Shown in pieces: positions 63,050 to 64,000 of a stretch of DNA of 64,000 nt. The notes under the pieces were generated by a model. That model had not been told where the DNA came from and did not search any database. It saw only the letters and a list, made by a program, of their open reading frames with translations. How positions within the stretch are numbered: position 1 is the first letter of the stretch; each line of letters opens with the position of its first letter. The position numbers and the translations under genes are program-made. The DNA is from Octopus sinensis (Eukaryota): the NCBI RefSeq assembly GCF_006345805.1, contig NC_043004.1, positions 77,066,001 to 77,130,000 on the forward strand, given 5' to 3'.

Positions 63050-64000
63050 GGGGCTAAGGGTCATTAGAATGCATTACTGAACAGGTTTCAATATCACGGA
63101 GAGTAAGCTAAGAATGAGCGCATTGAGTAACTTGTCATCAAAGATACAGTATGAGGTATTTATTATTAGCTGCTTCTAAACTATTTAAGGTGCGAGTAAT
63201 CCTATGAACACATGATACTCTATGATCTAATTTATTATTAATTAGTCTTTATCTCTATATTTAAATATTCCATATATCTCCATACAGCAGAAATCACACC
63301 CATATCAACTATTTGTGCATGGCTGAACTCTATGCACTATATCCCACTTCACACTGAATTTAATATCATTATCCTTGAATTCCCAAAATCTTCGTAGATA
63401 ATGACGAACTGCTGGCTTTATGTCTAAGTCTAAAGAATGGAAGATGCTTATTCAAGCGTTTTTTTTTTGTTTCATATTTAAAGAGCACTCTATATAAATA
63501 GAGTTATTAGTTTCCGTTATTATTGTACATTTATATAAACACTGACCTAATAGCGGGCAATGTGACCTTGCCCTACAATTGCAATCATTATTATTAGTTT
63601 TTCCTACCATATTATTAATAATTATAGAGTCATCATTTGAGGTACTGTTCAGATTCATAGAATTACTATCAAGGATTACTTCAATATTACTCCTGTTGTT
63701 ATAATTGGTATTGTTACTTATATTTATATTAGCCCTAATGTTATGGATTCTATCGCTAGATGTTATGCAATCAACTTATAATAGTTGCATATGTGAAACA
63801 TGGGGTACCGACTGTGGTTTATTGGCTCCGTTAATGTTCATTATCTCGTCTGCATTACTACTGGCTGAGGTTGAGCTATCGGTGCTATTCTTAGTATTAT
63901 TAGCATTTACATACTTAAAAGTCAGCTGGCTTGAAATAATGCCACAAAATGCAGTATATTTAAGAGACCAAAAAAGTAAGATGCAAAAGAGATATTTTCT
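63050..64000 (-). mobile_element. Older, decayed Penelope-like element
   Basis: NNNDCNCRARSHCPLLGQCLYK...SIYIEC resembles the linker and GIY-YIG start of the 59438 ORF. Confidence 0.6.

Overview
Eukaryotic, repeat-rich genomic DNA, most likely from an octopus (inferred from the SINE families, compound microsatellites and intron sizes). The window holds 12 coding exons (814-56247, + strand) of one class B1 (secretin-family) GPCR. I assembled them by hand with GT-AG boundaries and consistent phases into a 480-aa open frame covering the six-Cys hormone-binding domain, TM1-7 and the C-tail; the start/signal-peptide exon was not found and probably lies upstream. The receptor resembles protostome PTH-receptor-like/secretin-like receptors but carries substitutions in several normally conserved polar-network residues. 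Introns and the 3' flank contain SINEs, non-autonomous Helitrons and Helentron-like elements, MITEs, a full-length decayed mariner, Tigger, hAT and Chapaev-like fragments, a Gypsy integrase fragment, R4-, RTE- and CR1-like LINE fragments and Penelope-like elements (PLEs). The main finding is a set of minimal type I hammerhead ribozyme motifs. One textbook copy (7601-7645) lies on the sense strand of the intron after the TM1 exon, inside a 354-bp-period direct repeat (retrozyme/pLTR-like). Six more intact, variant or decayed copies cluster at 57.5-61.9 kb, and a half motif sits at the apex of a 378-bp palindrome. Several long inverted repeats share a head-to-head, outward-facing architecture with the inverted PLE pair. 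All calls come from reading the sequence; no searches or folding programs were run.
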